Virus record (IMG/VR): IMGVR_UViG_3300047409_000468
Coordinates: 1-64,000 of that record
Source of the DNA: a virus
Length of the DNA stretch: 64,000 nucleotides
Direction: 5' to 3' (one strand)
A program made the position numbers and the translations under genes. Of this stretch, positions 60,758 to 64,000 are shown in pieces. The notes below the pieces were generated by a model. That model had not been told where the DNA came from. It ran no database searches and saw only the letters and a program-made list of their open reading frames with translations. How positions within the stretch are numbered: position 1 is the stretch's first letter; every line of letters starts with the position of its first letter.

Positions 60758-60970
60758 TCAACATGTCCAGTGCACGTACCCGAGCCGCGCATTGATGATG
60801 CCGCCCTTCATGGCCACCGCCAGTTGGATCTGCTTCAGTTCCACTGCGTCCGCCGTGTAGGCTATCACCCCGGTGCGGCACACTTCGGCCTTGACCTGGA
60901 TCCCTACTTCGGTAAGGCGCTTGTTGATTTTATTGGCCACAAGCCTGCGGCTGAACTCACTGGTACTCAT
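60758..60970 (-). CDS. Hypothetical protein
   Basis: 70 aa; AAGGA RBS. Confidence 0.6.
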   Translation of the reverse strand: MSTSEFSRRLVANKINKRLTEVGIQVKAEVCRTGVIAYTADAVELKQIQLAVAMKGGIINARLGYVHWTC

Positions 60971-61167
60971 GTCTTATCCTTAAATTATGGGCGACAGGAG
61001 AAAACTGGAATCTCCTGCCGCCCCCTGCGACTCCCATGCACTTCCCTAGCCATGTCTCTAGCCTTGACCCCTAACGTTAACTGCTACCGCAGTCCGGAGG
61101 CGAGGAGGCATCGACTTTCCGTTATTGGGCTGGCCGTTCGCCCTCAAATAAGCGCCTCCGATGGATT

Positions 61168-63156
61168 CTATTCCCAATTCTGTTTCGCTTCGCCCCATGT
61201 AGGGCCGACCTCAAAATCGACGATGGTCGGCACCACCAGCGGCGTTGTTTCAACCATTATCTGTTGCGCCCGCAGCGCCAGCGCTTTGTCGGCGGTACTC
61301 AAATCTATCTCGTCGTGCATCTGCACCAGTGGCACTATACCCTCACGCCAGCATGCCAGCATAGCCCGCTTGGTTTGTCGCGCCGCGCTGCCCTGCACCA
61401 GATTATTCAGGCTCTTGCGGGTGTCCGCCCGGCGCAGCCTGGACCGGGACCACGGGTGCTCCGGGTTCTTGGCGCGCTCCTGTGCCTCCTCGTAAGTGCA
61501 CGGCGTCAGCCGCATGCCCTTGGCCTCTGCCGCCAGCCGATCTTCCCACTCGACATAGCCACCTTCCCATTGGGGATAGTGCATGCGCGCGCCATCGATG
61601 AGCCGGATATAACCCCGCAGGTTCGCGGCGATCTTGCACTTGTCTTCCAGGGATTTAATGAACGGCAACCGATTGTGGTAGTCTTGCAGTAGCACCTCGG
61701 CCTCGTTCAAACTCAGCCCGAGCTCATCGGCCAGCGACCGCTTGCCCTTGCCGTACGTCATGGCCAGATTAAGGATCTTGGCCACCGGACGCGGCTGCCC
61801 GGTCATCTCCGCAACCATGCTGTGGTAATCGGTGCGCGGGTCGTCGATATAGCGCTGCACGGCGGCCTCAGCGCCGGCTGCCCCTACCCTGGACGCGAAG
61901 TGCACGGTCAACCGGGGCTCTTGTTGGCTGTAGTCAAGCGCCACCCAGCGCTCGCCCTGCTCGGGTAGAAACGCCTTGCGTATCTGCTTCCCAATCTTGT
62001 TCTTATCCGGGCTTGGCATCTGTTGCAGCGGCGGCTCGCTGTAGCTCAGGCGATGACTGCGTGTTCCCCCGGCATCGCTGCGGTATTGGTGTATCTCGGC
62101 ATGGATCCTGCCATCGATTTCATAGCCGAGCAGGAAATTTTCCAGGAACTTGGTCCGCGCCTCTTCGTATATTTCAGCTACGGCACAGGCTCGCGGCAAT
62201 GGGTGATTGTGCTTCTCCATCCAATCTTTAGTGAAGCTGCCCTGCTTGGCCTTGACGGTCCGGGGGAACACGATGTGTTCTCTGGTGAACCATTGCTCCA
62301 TCTGGCCGGGCGAACGTATCTCCTTCATGGATGCCGGACGACGCAGTTCCAGGAGCTCACCCACCTGTGCCAATGCTGCGTCGCGTACCGCACTATATTC
62401 GTCTATCAGCTTGTGGACATAGGGCACATCAATGCGTATGCCGCGCCGCCGCATGGCGATAACCATGGGCACCAGCCCCATCTCGGTTGTGTAGGCTGGC
62501 ATTAATTCCTGCTCGTGCAGCTTGGGCGCTGTGTGCTGCCAGAGCGCCAGCGTCGCCGCTGTGTCGGCCTCGGCATAGGGGCCGGCATACTTGGCCGGCA
62601 ACTGCCATATGCTCTCCCTTGCCTTCCTACGGTCGGCCCCCATGGCCTCTACCGCTTCTTCTAGCAGCGCAATGTCTTTGCCCGGCAGCCCGGCCCGCTT
62701 GCAGCAACTATCCAGGTCGTAGGCATACTCGTTCTCGTCCACCAACACGCACGCCGCCAACGTATCATTGATGTTGGCTCCGGTCATGCCGGCAAGCATG
62801 CACTCCATCCAGCCACAGTCATAGGGGGCATTGTGGAAGACAAGCGGCGTGCCCGACTTGGCAAGATCCGTGAGCCAGCGCATGACCTGCGTATTGGTGA
62901 ATACGGTAGCGGTATCGGGATGCTGGATTGGCGCGTATCCCACGCTATCTTCAGCGGCCCAGCTTACTCCGCAGATAAAGCCAGCATCAAAGGCCCAGCC
63001 GGGACCGCGCTTTTCTATGAGCCCAACGTCCTTGGTCTCGCAGTCAAGCGCCACCACCGGCCGACCCCGCAAATCAGGGAGTTCGGCCGGCGGCTGCCAG
63101 TTGCTTTCCGGCACGAACAGCCCAAGCTGTCCGAGGCGGTATTTGTATTTAGTCAC
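61168..63156 (-). CDS. polA: Family A DNA polymerase with 3'-5' exonuclease domain
   Basis: ALDCET, FHNAPYD, YAEAD; motif A LDYSQQEPR; motif B R...KILNLAMTYG; motif C MHDEI. Confidence 0.95.
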   Translation of the reverse strand: MTKYKYRLGQLGLFVPESNWQPPAELPDLRGRPVVALDCETKDVGLIEKRGPGWAFDAGFICGVSWAAEDSVGYAPIQHPDTATVFTNTQVMRWLTDLAKSGTPLVFHNAPYDCGWMECMLAGMTGANINDTLAACVLVDENEYAYDLDSCCKRAGLPGKDIALLEEAVEAMGADRRKARESIWQLPAKYAGPYAEADTAATLALWQHTAPKLHEQELMPAYTTEMGLVPMVIAMRRRGIRIDVPYVHKLIDEYSAVRDAALAQVGELLELRRPASMKEIRSPGQMEQWFTREHIVFPRTVKAKQGSFTKDWMEKHNHPLPRACAVAEIYEEARTKFLENFLLGYEIDGRIHAEIHQYRSDAGGTRSHRLSYSEPPLQQMPSPDKNKIGKQIRKAFLPEQGERWVALDYSQQEPRLTVHFASRVGAAGAEAAVQRYIDDPRTDYHSMVAEMTGQPRPVAKILNLAMTYGKGKRSLADELGLSLNEAEVLLQDYHNRLPFIKSLEDKCKIAANLRGYIRLIDGARMHYPQWEGGYVEWEDRLAAEAKGMRLTPCTYEEAQERAKNPEHPWSRSRLRRADTRKSLNNLVQGSAARQTKRAMLACWREGIVPLVQMHDEIDLSTADKALALRAQQIMVETTPLVVPTIVDFEVGPTWGEAKQNWE

Positions 63157-63731
63157 TTTGTGCGGTATTCGTCCTCGATTTCCTTGCGCAGTTCCTCAGC
63201 GGCCTGCTCCAGCGCATCCTCGGCGCTGGCGTGCTGCCCACCGTCCTCGGGCGTGCCCGGTACGTTGGCGCTGGGCCGCCAAGGGCGACCCGTGGGGAGT
63301 TTTTTGGCGGGGGCCGCCACCTTGGGTCGGGCAGCCTCCTGCGCCTCCCCACGGGCCTGCGTTGCCCGCGCGTGCATAATTTCCTGCACCCGTGCCTTGG
63401 CGTCTTCGCGCGGCATGTTCCAGGCAACGGCCAAGGCCGCGTAGACATCGGTGCCGTCGTAGGCAATCACTGGGTCACGCAGCCGATTGGCAACGCACTT
63501 GGCATAACCGGCGATGTCATCCCAATGGTCGGGCTCGTTAGGGTCACCGCAGCTTATGCGCGCCATCTTATGCGCAATCATGTAAAGCGCGTGCCGCTGC
63601 TGATCTGACAGGGTCGGCCAGTTGCGCTCGTGCTGCATGGCGCGCAGCATCTCCCACGTTGCCCGACTGTTTTCAGCAAATTCGCCGTGTATCGAGGGTC
63701 GATCACTCAGTATCTTGTTTATCTGGTCCAT
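63153..63731 (-). CDS. DUF6378-like protein (nucleotide-metabolism cluster)
   Basis: IL.DR...HG.F...ALYMIAHKMARI..GDP...DHWDDIAGYA. Confidence 0.75.
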   Translation of the reverse strand: MDQINKILSDRPSIHGEFAENSRATWEMLRAMQHERNWPTLSDQQRHALYMIAHKMARISCGDPNEPDHWDDIAGYAKCVANRLRDPVIAYDGTDVYAALAVAWNMPREDAKARVQEIMHARATQARGEAQEAARPKVAAPAKKLPTGRPWRPSANVPGTPEDGGQHASAEDALEQAAEELRKEIEDEYRTK

Positions 63732-64000
63732 CAGTTGTTCCTTTGGTTCATAACGGCGGTATGCCGCTCGCGCTGTTTGTCTAGCCAGAGGATAATCTTT
63801 TCACGATCGCCTCCAGACTCCAGTGTATTCGTCAATTTTAGTGCTGCCCGCATTGTACGCTGTATGATTGGTATGGCCAACTGATTGCCCATCTCATATT
63901 CCATCATGCCAAAGCATGCCATCTCGAGCAGGTCGCAAATCTTTATCTTGGTGCGAATCACCGGGGCCAGTCCCGGCAGCGTAACGCCCATGGTTTCCAG
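63731..64000 (-). CDS. HD-domain (YfbR-like) nucleotidase, C-terminal part only
   Basis: KIKICDLLEMACFG..E..MGN matches the C-terminal K-x-x-D-x-LE motif of HD nucleotidases; the 5' end is outside the window. Confidence 0.55.
   Translation of the reverse strand: METMGVTLPGLAPVIRTKIKICDLLEMACFGMMEYEMGNQLAIPIIQRTMRAALKLTNTLESGGDREKIILWLDKQRERHTAVMNQRNN

Noticed and set aside
61095-61160. tRNA gene
   Set aside because: A closing stem exists, but no TTC-containing T-loop, anticodon arm or cloverleaf could be built.

Overview
The window is ~64 kb of a tailed dsDNA phage (siphovirus) genome. The host is most likely an alphaproteobacterium, probably rhizobia-like: it carries a GcrA domain, a rhizobial-style RTX protein, and sigma70-type promoters that mostly lack the -7 T. 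Gene content resembles YuA/M6/phiJL001-type phages with hypermodified thymidine. An aGPT-Pplase1 (amino-acid:DNA transferase) gene is cut by the left edge. An HD-type nucleotidase fragment, a DUF6378-like gene and a family A DNA polymerase sit at the right edge. Layout: replication genes (UvrD helicase, primase, SSB-like protein, SNF2 helicase; 1-9.9 kb); a minus-strand virion and lysis block (10-48 kb); a plus-strand early/host-takeover region of small, individually promoted genes plus an 801-aa RTX protein (48.3-57 kb); then nuclease and polymerase genes. The most striking unexplained signal is a ~55-aa domain (I-x-L...NPK[KR]xGSxA..[RD][FY]..Y[KE]DGMT..E...AG....D..[YW]D...G[YH]I.I). It occurs in 7 clear copies in 6 different proteins across the genome, with ~4 further degenerate copies. 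It is fused to an ADP-ribosyltransferase, a ParB-like domain and DUF2786, and one carrier lies next to the DNA-hypermodification gene. Two carriers sit in the head operon and share an N-terminal leader, consistent with capsid-packaged, injected effectors. Other notable items: a probable type I secretion (T1SS) RTX cargo, a GcrA DNA-binding-domain-only gene, a 30-bp perfect inverted repeat 40 kb apart, duplicated collagen-fibre modules and duplicated tail-tube genes. No tRNA, CRISPR array or complete integrase was seen. All assignments come from reading motifs by eye; no database search was run.
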